From a virus (taxonomy: Duplodnaviria; Caudoviricetes), in IMG/VR virus record IMGVR_UViG_3300021426_000072, positions 32,001 through 96,000 of that record: DNA of 64,000 nt. One strand, written 5' to 3'. Position 1 is the first letter of the stretch, and every line of letters starts with the position of its first letter. The notes beneath the pieces were generated by a model. The model saw only the letters and a program-made list of their open reading frames with translations. It searched no databases and had not been told where the DNA came from. Shown here one piece after another: positions 20,382 to 31,138 of the stretch. The position numbers were made by a program, and so were the translations under genes.

Positions 20382-21938
20382 TTATTCATTTCCCATAGAT
20401 CCTTCTGGATTAGAAGGCTTCGGCTGTTTACCTCGAATTGCAGCTTCTGGATCAGATTTTCTTTCTGAATCATCTACTGGATTGCGACCAGCTTCATTCT
20501 GTGCGCTGGCTTCAACATCCCGTGGAGCCATAATCTTATCTGTTCCATCTGACTTTTCCTGTTCTCTCTTCTTTCTTTCTCTTTCCAGAGAATAGCCCTC
20601 AGATTTAGACATTGTGTCAGTAGAGATAACGCCTTTCTCCCAAAGTTCAAGAGCTTTTTCACGAAGGGCTTTCTTTCCTTCGATAGAGAGAGGCTGGAAA
20701 TGGAATTCAGGAATCTGTTTAAGATTATAAGTTCCGGGGATACTTTCAGTAAGACGCTCATTAATCTTGGTCATCATTTCGCAGAACTCTTTTCGGAAAG
20801 CTTCGATACGAGCTTCCGCTGTTTGAGTTGAAACCTGCGCAGATGCAAAAGTAGAGCCGTCTTCTGAAACACCAGTCACAAGAACTCCGCTAATACCTCC
20901 GGCAGAAAGAATATCGTTATTGACGTTTCTGTATTTATCCCATTGAAATAAGTCATCCATGTCAAACTGAATTGTTTCTGCTGAAGCTAAATGGTTTGTA
21001 ACAGCCACAGGAGTTCCACTCATTGCCTGAATAAAAATCCTTCTGACTTTCGACAGCTGCGGTTCATCAGGCAAAATATCGTTTGTTTTAGAACTTTCAC
21101 CATACTTAACATGAACAAAACTTCTTTTGCCGATATTGAGCATGGCATCTTCATAACTGGAGATGAGTTCTTTCTTGGCAAGAGGCCGTAAAGCAGAAGC
21201 AATAAAAGGAATTGCATACTTTTTCCATGTTTCTTTCGGACCTTGTAAGACAAAGGTATAATCAGGATTAAGCTGTGCATACTGCTTATTAGCTTTAACT
21301 GCTTTTTGGATTTCCTCTGGATAACCTTTTAAAACATAATCACGATTGCTATCCTTAACCTTTTCATCAATGCTGTAAGATTTAGTCTCAATTTCATTGA
21401 TAATGCTTTGACAGTCAAAGTCAACAATCGGTGTTCCATTAAAGGTTGTATTACCAATTCTCCATTTATTAACAGGAAGAGTAATTAAGTCACCGTCTTT
21501 TAAATAACAACAGACATTATTAAACTTCCAAAGTTCAAGCATGATTGCGTCGATCTTTTCTCTGAGCCGCATACGTTTATATTGCTGCTCGAAAAGTTCA
21601 TATGTTTTTTCATTTGACTTAGTAAGGAACCAGTCCGAACAAGTAGAAAAGGGAACAAACACATGATAAATCATGCCATGAACAATAGGATCGGCATCAG
21701 AATAATAATCAGCCAACTGATAAAAAGACTGAATATTAGCCTGCTTATCTCTTAAAAGCGAAACATAGTCGAAAGACGATAGTTCACCAGAAAATGTGAA
21801 ATTGGAATTAGAGAAAGCTTGAATAGTGTCCTCACCTGAAGCTGGCTTTTCAACTCCAACCACGATCTCTTTCTGTTCCTGAGGCTTACTCGCCACAATT
21901 GGTTCGGCCCGGTTAAAGAACCGATCAAATAACGCCAT
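20382..21938 (-). CDS. Portal protein
   Basis: 518 aa directly after the large terminase; ILSAGGISGVLVTG and LWEKGVISTDT portal-type motifs. Confidence 0.85.
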   Translation of the reverse strand: MALFDRFFNRAEPIVASKPQEQKEIVVGVEKPASGEDTIQAFSNSNFTFSGELSSFDYVSLLRDKQANIQSFYQLADYYSDADPIVHGMIYHVFVPFSTCSDWFLTKSNEKTYELFEQQYKRMRLREKIDAIMLELWKFNNVCCYLKDGDLITLPVNKWRIGNTTFNGTPIVDFDCQSIINEIETKSYSIDEKVKDSNRDYVLKGYPEEIQKAVKANKQYAQLNPDYTFVLQGPKETWKKYAIPFIASALRPLAKKELISSYEDAMLNIGKRSFVHVKYGESSKTNDILPDEPQLSKVRRIFIQAMSGTPVAVTNHLASAETIQFDMDDLFQWDKYRNVNNDILSAGGISGVLVTGVSEDGSTFASAQVSTQTAEARIEAFRKEFCEMMTKINERLTESIPGTYNLKQIPEFHFQPLSIEGKKALREKALELWEKGVISTDTMSKSEGYSLERERKKREQEKSDGTDKIMAPRDVEASAQNEAGRNPVDDSERKSDPEAAIRGKQPKPSNPEGSMGNE

Positions 21939-21957
21939 CGGGCTTCAGCCCCCTTTC

Positions 21958-23649
21958 TTAAAAACGATTGAACGTTTTAATAATATTTTTTGAAAAACCA
22001 TCATCAAATCCGCCTGTAACGCCTATACACTCACGACCATGCTGATGCAGTTTAATACTGACCTTTTCAAGTTCGGAGATATAGTCATTACCCATAGCAA
22101 GTGCTGAATAACGGTCTTTATGCATCGTAGACTTAGGTACGTCATAAATGAAGTTACCGCTTGCGCCTACTCTGGCAACAATATTGCCCATTTCAATCTG
22201 AAGAGCGTCTGCCTCAATAAAATTGGCAAACTCTTCTTTTGAAAATTTCTTTTCGGATTCTTCCTGTTTTTCCCTCATGATTCTGGAAGAAATAGGAAGC
22301 TCTATTGTCTGCTTTTCAAGAGCAACTCTTAAATTTGTATAGATTCTCTGGTTAAGCTGATTGACAGCCCTGAAAGGATGCAAAGCCTGAACAGCGTCCG
22401 GGTTGGTTAAAGGTTCATCATCTACAACCAACGGCGGATACTCCCTCCCGGATTCACCGTCAATCCATGCCTTGTCAAAGAATCTGTCGAAACTATCACC
22501 TATGCCCCTTGCGTCGTAAACAATCTTTTCAGTATTAGGGAATTTAATGTGATAGTACTTTCTGACTGTTTCTGCGAGATAGTCCAAAGGAATACCATTA
22601 AAGGAACGCAAATGGACAACCTGCTTACTGAAAGACCCGTCTTTCTTTTCATTAAACTTATGTACAACCAAAACACTATTGTCTGATCCTTTGGCTTTGG
22701 ATGTAGCTATATCCAACGAAATAATATACCGGGACTTAGAGCCTTTCGGCTGTTCCATTTCAATGTTGGATAAAGTACGACAACTTTGGACAAGATCAAA
22801 TGGAAGAGCTGAATCTTCAGAAGACCCAAGGAATTTTGACTCATATTCCATTTGGAACGTTGTCTCAGGAATACTGTCCTTTTCTTCCATGTAGTACTTC
22901 TCTTTGGTTAAACCTTCCGCAATTGGGGTCTTGTAATGCAGCACACAAGCAAAATAAGACTTGTCTCCAGAAGCCATCCGCTGAACAATACGTTCGAATT
23001 CTTTAAAGAATTCATAGTTCTTTGGACAGGCAGAAGTAATATAGATGATCTTGGAATCAAAATCATCAAAACCAAAAGCCCGAGGATTATAGCGGGTTTC
23101 GTTTCTTGTGGGCTTCGCAACTTCCTGAAGAATCTTCATATCCACATCACGAGCTTCATCCACAATAAGAAGCTTACATCGATAAGATCTGGCACGGGCA
23201 ATAGGAACTGATTTAATTGTGCTGCCGTTCTTCAGCATGATATTGGACTCGTCTTTACTAATAGAAACATATGTCTTTGCGTTAGTCGGACGAATTTCAT
23301 TCCTGACGTTTTCGTTCTCATTGCAAAGATCACGTATCTTTTCAGCAATACGAGTAGCCTGGTCTGCCGTAGGAGCAACAACAAGAATAGAAGTTCCGGG
23401 ATAAAGAGAACCAAGGGAAATAGCAATAAATGCCGTCAGCCATGTTTTACCATACCCACGAGGAGCAACAATAGCCGATGTAGTAGCATTACCAACCCCA
23501 CGAGCAATAACATGCTGAATTGGAGTAAGCTTTACAGGAGCAAAGGCACTCTCAATATACATATCCATATGGGTACGGAAATAGATTATCTGTTCTTCTA
23601 TTACGTCCCAGTTGGTGATTGTGCCGTTTTGTCTTCGGGTGTCAATCAT
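21958..23649 (-). CDS. terL: Terminase large subunit
   Basis: Walker A APRGYGKT, Walker B LLIVDEA, nuclease motifs LDIA...DNS, YDARGIG, KDRYSAL. Confidence 0.93.
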   Translation of the reverse strand: MIDTRRQNGTITNWDVIEEQIIYFRTHMDMYIESAFAPVKLTPIQHVIARGVGNATTSAIVAPRGYGKTWLTAFIAISLGSLYPGTSILVVAPTADQATRIAEKIRDLCNENENVRNEIRPTNAKTYVSISKDESNIMLKNGSTIKSVPIARARSYRCKLLIVDEARDVDMKILQEVAKPTRNETRYNPRAFGFDDFDSKIIYITSACPKNYEFFKEFERIVQRMASGDKSYFACVLHYKTPIAEGLTKEKYYMEEKDSIPETTFQMEYESKFLGSSEDSALPFDLVQSCRTLSNIEMEQPKGSKSRYIISLDIATSKAKGSDNSVLVVHKFNEKKDGSFSKQVVHLRSFNGIPLDYLAETVRKYYHIKFPNTEKIVYDARGIGDSFDRFFDKAWIDGESGREYPPLVVDDEPLTNPDAVQALHPFRAVNQLNQRIYTNLRVALEKQTIELPISSRIMREKQEESEKKFSKEEFANFIEADALQIEMGNIVARVGASGNFIYDVPKSTMHKDRYSALAMGNDYISELEKVSIKLHQHGRECIGVTGGFDDGFSKNIIKTFNRF

Positions 23650-24584
23650 ACTGTCTCACCCGGCTCTTCTGTATAGTCTTCGTCCTTCATTGAATAAACA
23701 ATATACGCAAGCCCGTCTAAAGCTGCATCAACAACATCCTTTTCCCATTCAATTTTCTTAACGCATGGGTGACCGTGAGTTTCGCAGTACAAAGTTGTTT
23801 CAGCCCAGTTGTTTAAAACATTCTTATCTCCGGGTTTACGTTTACACGCAGCAAAGTTACCTGTTTTCATCAACAGATCCAGCACAGCATTCGCATCTTT
23901 TACGTCCTGCAAGGTGCATCTGCCCATCATATAATCGTTCAGTGCCTTATCGGCAAGCAAGGACGCTTTTGCCGCTTTTTTTGCCGTATCTCTCAAGGCG
24001 GTGTCGGAAAGATCAAAATCCTCTTCCAAACCTTTATAGTAAGTTTCAAGATATTCAAGTTCCTGTTCTTTAAACTCACCGTTAAAAAACTCATTATAAG
24101 TTTTAACGTTTTTGTCTTTAGACTTGGAAGAGCTTTCTTCGACTATCTTTCCGGTTTCCTTTGCTTCGTCATAGTTATTTGCGTTTACGTCAGACGTATG
24201 GTCTTCGTACTTATAGTTTTGACTTAACCTGAAAAGCTCCGGCATAACAGAACAGGCAATATGCTCAAGCAATACCTGTTTTCTGTCTTCATTTGATTTT
24301 TGATAAACACTGGACTTCGCCGCTTCAAGTTTTGCCTTTTCAATAGCATTTGACCATACGTTTTCTTTCCATTGCCGATTATTCTCCCAAAAGTATCTGC
24401 GCATTTCATCTTTTGACTGAATTTTGGCAACACATGATTTGCACCATTTGTCTTTTTTGCCGTTTTCCAGCCAGTCTTTATTCGCAAAAAATGCAGACAA
24501 AGGTTTTGTCTGGTTACAGTGCAAACAAAGACGAGTCTGCGCTGGCGGGGTAGAACCTCTCGGTTTAGAAACAATATAAGGCAT
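23646..24584 (-). CDS. Putative terminase small subunit (Zn-finger N-terminus)
   Basis: CLHC...CKSC finger; ATGA overlap with terL. Confidence 0.6.
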   Translation of the reverse strand: MPYIVSKPRGSTPPAQTRLCLHCNQTKPLSAFFANKDWLENGKKDKWCKSCVAKIQSKDEMRRYFWENNRQWKENVWSNAIEKAKLEAAKSSVYQKSNEDRKQVLLEHIACSVMPELFRLSQNYKYEDHTSDVNANNYDEAKETGKIVEESSSKSKDKNVKTYNEFFNGEFKEQELEYLETYYKGLEEDFDLSDTALRDTAKKAAKASLLADKALNDYMMGRCTLQDVKDANAVLDLLMKTGNFAACKRKPGDKNVLNNWAETTLYCETHGHPCVKKIEWEKDVVDAALDGLAYIVYSMKDEDYTEEPGETV

Positions 24585-24589
24585 TCAGA

Positions 24590-24958
24590 TCACTCCGAAC
24601 CTTCCAGAACGTCTTTAACTTCCTCGTCTGATACATCCAACAGTTTCTTTTCCGGTTCAGTAAGATCTTCTTTCTTAACTTTAATATAGCCCTTTTCAAG
24701 CGGCATACTTTCAACCGTCTTAAAGAATCTTTCATTACGAACCTGATTGTAAAATTCTGCCAGAGCAAGGAACAGTTCCGGCGTTTTTTCATACTTGTAT
24801 TTAATAATATGGTACTTAGGATGTTTTTTAGCGTAAACGTAAGCAATTCCCTTATCTTCAAGGAACTGAACTTCACGTTTCCACTGAGTGGAATACTCTT
24901 TATCAAATACATACTTCGGAATCTTGGATTCACTCATAATAATCACTCCGTTAATCAT
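24590..24958 (-). CDS. Hypothetical protein, first gene of late operon
   Basis: YSTQWKREVQFLEDKGIAY...YKYEKTPELF small phage protein. Confidence 0.65.
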   Translation of the reverse strand: MINGVIIMSESKIPKYVFDKEYSTQWKREVQFLEDKGIAYVYAKKHPKYHIIKYKYEKTPELFLALAEFYNQVRNERFFKTVESMPLEKGYIKVKKEDLTEPEKKLLDVSDEEVKDVLEGSE

Positions 24959-25431
24959 TAATTAGGAGATATTCTCCCTTATAGTGTTTTTGGAAAGACA
25001 CGCTTTAAAAAGATAAGAAAATGAATATTATGAGTACTATTTATTTTCATTTGATTGCATTTTCTTTTTGGAATGTCGAATGGTTTTTAAAAAACGAACG
25101 CAGTGAGTCATAAACATAAATAAAACCAAAAAAAGGGGACAAACATATTGATACAGAATTCTGTCCCCTTTTTTATTTTGAAAAGAGGTTTGGAAATTAA
25201 AAAGAATTGGAATTTGAAGAGAGGTTTGAAAATTTAAAAAAGTGTTGGAATGGAACTGAAGTGAAGGAATTCCAGCGTCTGAAAGTTTTTCAGCGTAAAT
25301 TGGACGACGTTGGAACACAATCTGTAGCCTGATCAACTGTAGATTGCAAACTCTTTATCAGTAAATGTGCTGATAAGACAAAAAAGCGTTCATTTTAACA
25401 AAAATGACGCTAAAAAGAAAGGGGAATACTC

Positions 25432-25740
25432 ATGAACAACCTGATTCTCTTCATTGTCTGGTGTGCCTCGATTGCTGGCGACTTCAAAACCTACGTTGTC
25501 GCCGCCGAAAACGAAGAAAATGCTGTAAAAACCATCCCACTTTTCATGCGGCAGGACTTCGAAGTCTCTTTTGCGAGCTTAGATCAGGCTTGCGACTATG
25601 GATGCAAGTACATCGGTGACGATACGGTCATATTCGAAGACAAGTTTTTCGTATACAACACAAAGACAAAACGACTTGAGTTTGATTCTCTCGTTAATTA
25701 TGACGTAAGACCAGACCTCAAGTCCGCTAATCCCACCTGA
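25432..25740 (+). CDS. Hypothetical early protein
   Basis: First plus-strand ORF after the strand switch; AAGGGG RBS. Confidence 0.65.
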   Translation: MNNLILFIVWCASIAGDFKTYVVAAENEENAVKTIPLFMRQDFEVSFASLDQACDYGCKYIGDDTVIFEDKFFVYNTKTKRLEFDSLVNYDVRPDLKSANPT

Positions 25741-25796
25741 TGATGGAGCTGGTGGTTCCGCTCCGAAAGCAACGTCGTGAGACGTGGCTTGTGGGA
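25731..25796 (+). ncRNA. Type I hammerhead ribozyme
   Basis: Stem I UCCCAC/GUGGGA; core CUGAUGA; stem II GGAGC/GCUCC; GAAA; stem III GC-ACGUC-GUGA-GACGU-GC; cleavage triplet CUU; one extra U after A9. Confidence 0.65.
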
Positions 25797-25846
25797 AACC
25801 ACAACAGAATATGCAGCTATGCAATAAATAGCAGGAGGTTGCCGCT

Positions 25847-26071
25847 ATGAAGAAAGCAATCATCATCCTCGTTGCCCTTATTATTGTTTTTGTTGTCGGA
25901 TTTATGTCGGGAGCAAGAACAGTCCTCTTTGACTCTCCCAAATGGGTTGAAGAAGTCCACGGTCAGTACTTAATTGTTACTGACTTCTTTGGCAACGAAT
26001 ACGTTGACATGGCTGACAAAACTGGGCATATGTACTCGTATTTCTCTTATGTTGTCGAAAGAAGGCCTTGA
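25847..26071 (+). CDS. Small membrane/secreted protein
   Basis: N-terminal hydrophobic helix; GGAGG RBS. Confidence 0.65.
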   Translation: MKKAIIILVALIIVFVVGFMSGARTVLFDSPKWVEEVHGQYLIVTDFFGNEYVDMADKTGHMYSYFSYVVERRP

Positions 26072-26661
26072 ATATGACAGGTTAGTGGCTTTATGACCCA
26101 ATACATCCCAGCCGGATCGACGAAGAGTTTTATGGATATTTCGAAGGAAAAGACGCCTTTGAAATATTCACAAGCTTTCTTGTCACTTTTTACGAGATAT
26201 CCGTTATGAACAAAGACAATCCTAACGGAGCTTATGCTCATAAGGTGTCGGCTGTTGTCAAAGAAGGTAGAGCATCTTATATCGTTGAGACATCATTTTA
26301 TGGATACTCTGCCGGAGAAGAGGAATGTCTAAGCGAAACAGACCTTTTCAGAGGATTAATAGATCGTTTACTCAACTATAAAAACTATATAAATCCGGTC
26401 GTTTACTCAAATAACGAAGGTCACTTTATTGAAGATAACGACCCAAGTGAGCTTGTTCCTATACTTCCAATAGAATTGCCTTTCTAAGAATTTCGTCCTG
26501 AGCAAGACGTTAAAAGGCTTTTCTTAGTTTTGAAAATTCGAGCCTTGTGCTCTTTATATAAATTGCGAAGCTGCTGTCGCATAGAGTTCAGCAGTCGGTT
26601 AAAGCTCCGTTAAAAGCTTATTTTCAATTCCCAGAACACAAACAACAAGGAGGAAACTATC

Positions 26662-29103
26662 ATGAAACTCATCAACAAGATCAACCTCGCTGAAAACCAT
26701 GTGGAAAAGATCGCTCTCTTTGACTCTGCTCTCACCCGCAAATTCGACGATATGGGACTCGATCCCATCAACGTCATTTGCAAAATTTGCGCTGAAACCC
26801 CGAAGCGCAAGGAAGCCGAAGAGATTGTCAAGGCCACGCTGACCAACATGGTCGCGTCGGGCTTCATGTTCAACGGAAGCATCAACACGCCCTTCATGTC
26901 CGGTGCTTCTGACGGACGCAAAGCCACTTCAACGTGGATTAATCAGGACATTCTGCCCGGTATGGGAAAATGGGCGATGTGCGGACTTGTAAGCAAGAAA
27001 ATGGAGCTTGCCATCAATAAGTACATGTCATACACTGGACTTCTGTCTTCTGCAAGCAAGCCGTTCGATAAGGCATTCAGCAAGAAAATCGATATTCGGC
27101 GTGTTGCCGTAATCAAAGACGTAGATGTCATAGTCGATGCCATCGTTGACTATGTGTCAGCAACAGACGGGATCGAGAAAGAAAAGACCCGCCAGCTCGT
27201 CATCAATGCCTTTGATGGATTTGGATGCATCCGCATCGAACTTACCAACGGCGAATCTGTCACCATTCGTGCACCTTGGATGAAGGCGTTCGTACAGGCT
27301 ATTGACTTCAAGAAAGTATACGCTTGGTGTATCAAGAACGGAGTTAAAGCAGAGTTCGTTGATCGTTGGGGAACAACGTGGAAACTCAAAGACGTAGACA
27401 TGATTCTTACAGAAAGCTGCTTCAAAACAGCAAAACTGTACGATTCGTGGGAACAGTATTGCTCCGCTTTTGAAGAATTGAAACACGAAGTGTGCGTGTG
27501 TGTTCGTGAGCACGCACCTAAACTGAAAGGTCTTCCTTATCAGCAAGGGCAGACTCTTCTCGGCACTGAAGACGATGCAACGTCTTTCATGCAGCACGCC
27601 AAGGCTACCGTGTACAAGTACCATGAACCGAAGAACGCAGCTAAACTGCTCCGTGGATGGCAGCGGGTTGCTGCTAAGATTTATCCGGCTCTGATGAACG
27701 AACCGGAAACATATCGGACGATTCAGGAAGCATTCACCACCAAACGCAATGACATGCTTGGCGGACGTATCCCTGAACTGGGATATAATGCGTTTATTGC
27801 GCCCGATCCTGTGGCGTTTATCCAGCACCTGTTTGGACTGCCCATCACGGGATACCTGAAGGCTGGCGAATGCTTCTGTGCAGCCGCAAAACCCGGAACA
27901 GTAGACGTAACTCGTAATCCGCATTTGGACAATGCGCATGTGCTGCTAAATAACGTAACCTTCTGTCCTCTGGCTGAAGGTCCTACGATGTTTATCAACA
28001 TTTTCGACGCAACGACCATTCGTCTTCGTTGTGACTATGACGGTGACCACGTCTGGTACAGTCAGGATGAGCACCTGCTTGATCTTGTTGAAAGAACTTA
28101 CAGCGAACTGAAGAACATCCCGATTGACTGGGATGCTCCGAAAGCTCCGAAAGGACCTGTAAACAAGAAGACGATTGGTGAGTTCATCATCAATCTTATT
28201 CATGGATCAGAGATTGGTCTGTACGCAGACGCTCTGACTAAAATGTGGAACACCAAGTATGATCGTGAAGTGTGTGACTGGCTCACTTGGGCTGGCAACG
28301 TACTGATCGACGCAGCAAAGCACGGAAGTGTAAAGATTGAGAAACCTGACGCAGTCAAGAATCTCAATTATGTTTCACTTCCTCTGTTCGCCATGTATGC
28401 CAAGGCGGATGCTGATCATCCTGCCGGAAGTGACTATTGGCTCAAAGAACGGGTTACTTCTACTGGCATGGAACTTCCGCCTCGGTGTGCTTACTCTGGA
28501 TCTTTCTTGGATATGTATTCCAAGAAGATCAAAGAGAATATTCCTGAAGTGTTGGAAATTGAAGGTCTTAACGACCAGATGTTCGATTTCACTATGCTGA
28601 TGATCAACATTCACAGGAAAGTCGGAAACTTCGTTGGCTTATCAAAGAAGGGTGTATATGATCCAGAAACTAATACATTCAAAGATTGTGGACTGTTTCA
28701 GGACATCGCCTTCCGTCACAGCTCCCAGTGGAACGAACTGATCGGAAATGCTTCCTTCTTCGCAAACCGTCAGGAATGGGAAGAGGAAACAGGAAGAACA
28801 GCTCGGAAAGAGATTCTGGATTGGGCTTACGCTCAGTACCCGGACCTCGAACGTTCTCCTTCTATGGACGAACGTATTGACGATGCCTGCTATGACATCA
28901 TTCTTCGCAACATCTTCACTTCGAAGATGAGTGAAGGTATGGACAAAGTCGTAAAGCAGGCATTCTGGAGAATTTACGGAGATAAAGCCGTAGAAACTCT
29001 GAAGAGCAAACTTCATCCTGAACTTTCGGACGAAGAACTGCTTACTCTCCCTGACATCGATTGTGATGATGTTGAAGAACTGGTTAATCCTGACGAGGAT
29101 TAA
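26662..29103 (+). CDS. YonO-like single-subunit RNA polymerase 1 (two-barrel, RdRP-related)
   Basis: FDGFG...IRAPWMK, RNPHL, catalytic DYDGD, IDAAKHG motifs; AAGGAGG RBS. Confidence 0.85.
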   Translation: MKLINKINLAENHVEKIALFDSALTRKFDDMGLDPINVICKICAETPKRKEAEEIVKATLTNMVASGFMFNGSINTPFMSGASDGRKATSTWINQDILPGMGKWAMCGLVSKKMELAINKYMSYTGLLSSASKPFDKAFSKKIDIRRVAVIKDVDVIVDAIVDYVSATDGIEKEKTRQLVINAFDGFGCIRIELTNGESVTIRAPWMKAFVQAIDFKKVYAWCIKNGVKAEFVDRWGTTWKLKDVDMILTESCFKTAKLYDSWEQYCSAFEELKHEVCVCVREHAPKLKGLPYQQGQTLLGTEDDATSFMQHAKATVYKYHEPKNAAKLLRGWQRVAAKIYPALMNEPETYRTIQEAFTTKRNDMLGGRIPELGYNAFIAPDPVAFIQHLFGLPITGYLKAGECFCAAAKPGTVDVTRNPHLDNAHVLLNNVTFCPLAEGPTMFINIFDATTIRLRCDYDGDHVWYSQDEHLLDLVERTYSELKNIPIDWDAPKAPKGPVNKKTIGEFIINLIHGSEIGLYADALTKMWNTKYDREVCDWLTWAGNVLIDAAKHGSVKIEKPDAVKNLNYVSLPLFAMYAKADADHPAGSDYWLKERVTSTGMELPPRCAYSGSFLDMYSKKIKENIPEVLEIEGLNDQMFDFTMLMINIHRKVGNFVGLSKKGVYDPETNTFKDCGLFQDIAFRHSSQWNELIGNASFFANRQEWEEETGRTARKEILDWAYAQYPDLERSPSMDERIDDACYDIILRNIFTSKMSEGMDKVVKQAFWRIYGDKAVETLKSKLHPELSDEELLTLPDIDCDDVEELVNPDED

Positions 29104-29405
29104 CCTATGACTAAGCTGTGCTATCGGCTAGACGGGCTAAACACAAAAACGCCTAAGAATTCATACACGGGAGATCCACAGGGTCTCTCGTAATGAGTCC
29201 TTGGGACTCAACAAGGCCTGAGGGGGTCTTTTTTCTCTCCCCGGGCGATTTTTCTGCAGGGGGCATTTTTTGGCTTCGCCTCCCAGCTCATCTTAGCATG
29301 TTACTTGAATGCACCTATTGCTCACTTCAATCAGCATGACGGGCAAGCCCTTCAGATGCTGTGAACTTACTTTTTGAAGTTCAATATTGAAAGGAGCGAA
29401 ACTAT

Positions 29406-29621
29406 ATGACCATTCGCAAGATGAATGAAGCCCAGCGTGTTGCCCAGATCAAGGTTGAAATGCAGAACCGACAGGAGAGCCTTGAAAGACTCGCCAACAA
29501 AGCGGAGAAGAACCTTTACCTCAGTCCTGACGAGATCGAGCTCGGTCGAGAACACGTGGCATGGATCAATCGCAACAAAAAGATCCTTCAGGACTTTTAC
29601 AAGCCTGCCACGAGGATATGA
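29406..29621 (+). CDS. Hypothetical protein
   Basis: AAGGAG RBS; 71 aa. Confidence 0.65.
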   Translation: MTIRKMNEAQRVAQIKVEMQNRQESLERLANKAEKNLYLSPDEIELGREHVAWINRNKKILQDFYKPATRI

Positions 29622-29873
29622 CCTTTTCCTGCCCCGGCTGCTGCTTTGCGCCGGTCGGGGTGGATGACTGTTCAAGATGTTCAACTCTGCCGTCTTGTTA
29701 TCAAGGCTGGCAGACTTGAGTACCTTGCGACATGTCCTACGTATAGAGAATGTTTTGCGGATCTTGCCAGTCTGCTTGACATTTTCTGTGCGGGTCGGGG
29801 TGGATTATGGGTCTGCCCCGATTCTACTCAGCAAGATACTTTGTTTTCTTCATGAGTTTCCTCCTTTTCTTTT

Positions 29874-29908
29874 GTGAGCTGGTACTGGGAGCCAGCTCAC
29901 TTTTTTTT
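29874..29908 (+). terminator. Rho-independent terminator
   Basis: GTGAGCTGG/CCAGCTCAC stem followed by a T-tract. Confidence 0.75.
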
Positions 29909-29958
29909 TAAAAGCGGGGGGGATTTTTTCTCGCCTTCCAAACTTGCTCACCTTTCCT

Positions 29959-29987
29959 ACGGCGCAAGCGCCTGTAGATGCTATGAA
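29959..29987 (+). promoter_or_regulatory. Repeated hairpin motif, copy 1 (candidate early promoter)
   Basis: ACGGCGCAAGCGCCTGTARATRCYATGAA, also at 30946; upstream of RNase H. Confidence 0.5.
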
Positions 29988-30021
29988 AATTATTTCTATT
30001 CAACAGAAAGGAGCCAAAACA

Positions 30022-30459
30022 ATGTATGACGTGATTATTTTCACGGACGGTGCTTGCTCTGGAAATCCCGGTGTTGGCGGTTACGGAGCTATCCTGACCT
30101 GCAAGGGTGTCGAGAAAGTCGTTCGTGGCTACTGCGCTCAGAAAACGACCAACAATCGTATGGAACTGATGGCTGTCATCTCTGCTCTGAAAGCCCTGAC
30201 CAAACCCTCCAATGTGGTTGTTTACACTGATGCTAACTACATCTGCCAGTGTGTCTCCCATGATCGCAAATGGCTGACAGACAAAGAACGTGTCAACAAT
30301 GACCTCTGGTTGGAGCTTATCACCACGGGTCTGAATGGCGGACATAAGATCACATTCCAGAAGGTAAAGGGTCACGACGGTGTCGTTATGAACGAACGTT
30401 GCGACAAGATTGCCAAGGAACAGTGCCGGAAAGCTCGTCATGAAGCTTTCAATAAGTAA
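30022..30459 (+). CDS. rnhA: Ribonuclease HI
   Basis: FTDGACSGNPG, TTNNRMEL, YTDANY, KVKGH, NERCD: complete D-E-D-D catalytic set. Confidence 0.95.
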   Translation: MYDVIIFTDGACSGNPGVGGYGAILTCKGVEKVVRGYCAQKTTNNRMELMAVISALKALTKPSNVVVYTDANYICQCVSHDRKWLTDKERVNNDLWLELITTGLNGGHKITFQKVKGHDGVVMNERCDKIAKEQCRKARHEAFNK

Positions 30460-30945
30460 CGAACAAGGAGGAATGTCGGATGCATGACCCTGAATTCACT
30501 CTGACCGAAACAGGATGCGTTGGCATCCTTCCTGACGGAACAGAGATGGAATTTGCAACTCAGGATGAATACATGGAACGCTACCATGAAGATGAGAATG
30601 AAATTTATGACGAAATGGCAGAAGCGTTCGATCATCCTGAATATCCTGAATACCCGGAGGACTGGTTTTGATGTTTATCTTCTACGGTCTTTTAATCCTG
30701 GGCCTCATTGTACTGGCGTTTCTCGGAGGTAAATGCATCTCTGATTCATACAATCAATGCATTATCGAAGAACTGCGTTATCAGCTCCGGCTTTACCAAA
30801 CAAAAGAAGGTATCGGATATCTTGCACCTCCTGTGAAACCAAGAAGGAGAATGTACATGCCTATCGGCCAGCCATTTATGGACAAGCTGAAAGAAAACGG
30901 GCGTGCTACCCAACAAATCTCCTCTTCCCAACAATCAGGGGAGTG

Positions 30946-30974
30946 ACGGCGCAAGCGCCTGTAAATACCATGAA
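30946..30974 (+). promoter_or_regulatory. Repeated hairpin motif, copy 2
   Basis: Near-identical to 29959-29987; upstream of SSB. Confidence 0.5.
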
Positions 30975-31138
30975 GGATAACCATCAATCCTTCAACTCGG
31001 CGTCCCACACCAATGAGTATAAAAATGCCGCCGTGGGATAGACTATCTCGGTCGATAAAAGAGGAGCCGCATACGGGTTGAACAGTATGACTCCAACAGA
31101 AAGTAAACCACAAAAGAAATTATTCGGAGGTAAGAAGA

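Noticed and set aside
24604-24624. Self-target of array unit 9 (GA-GT-AA-GA-GT-CT matching GAA GTT AAA GAC GTT CTG on the minus strand)
   Set aside because: Only six dinucleotides match and the flanking ones do not; plausible by chance given the number of units and sub-windows.
26494-26522. Pistol ribozyme (CGTC-CTGAGCAA-GACG-TTAAAAGG)
   Set aside because: Resembles only the first stem and junction; downstream P2/P3 elements were not found. It may be a small pseudoknot.
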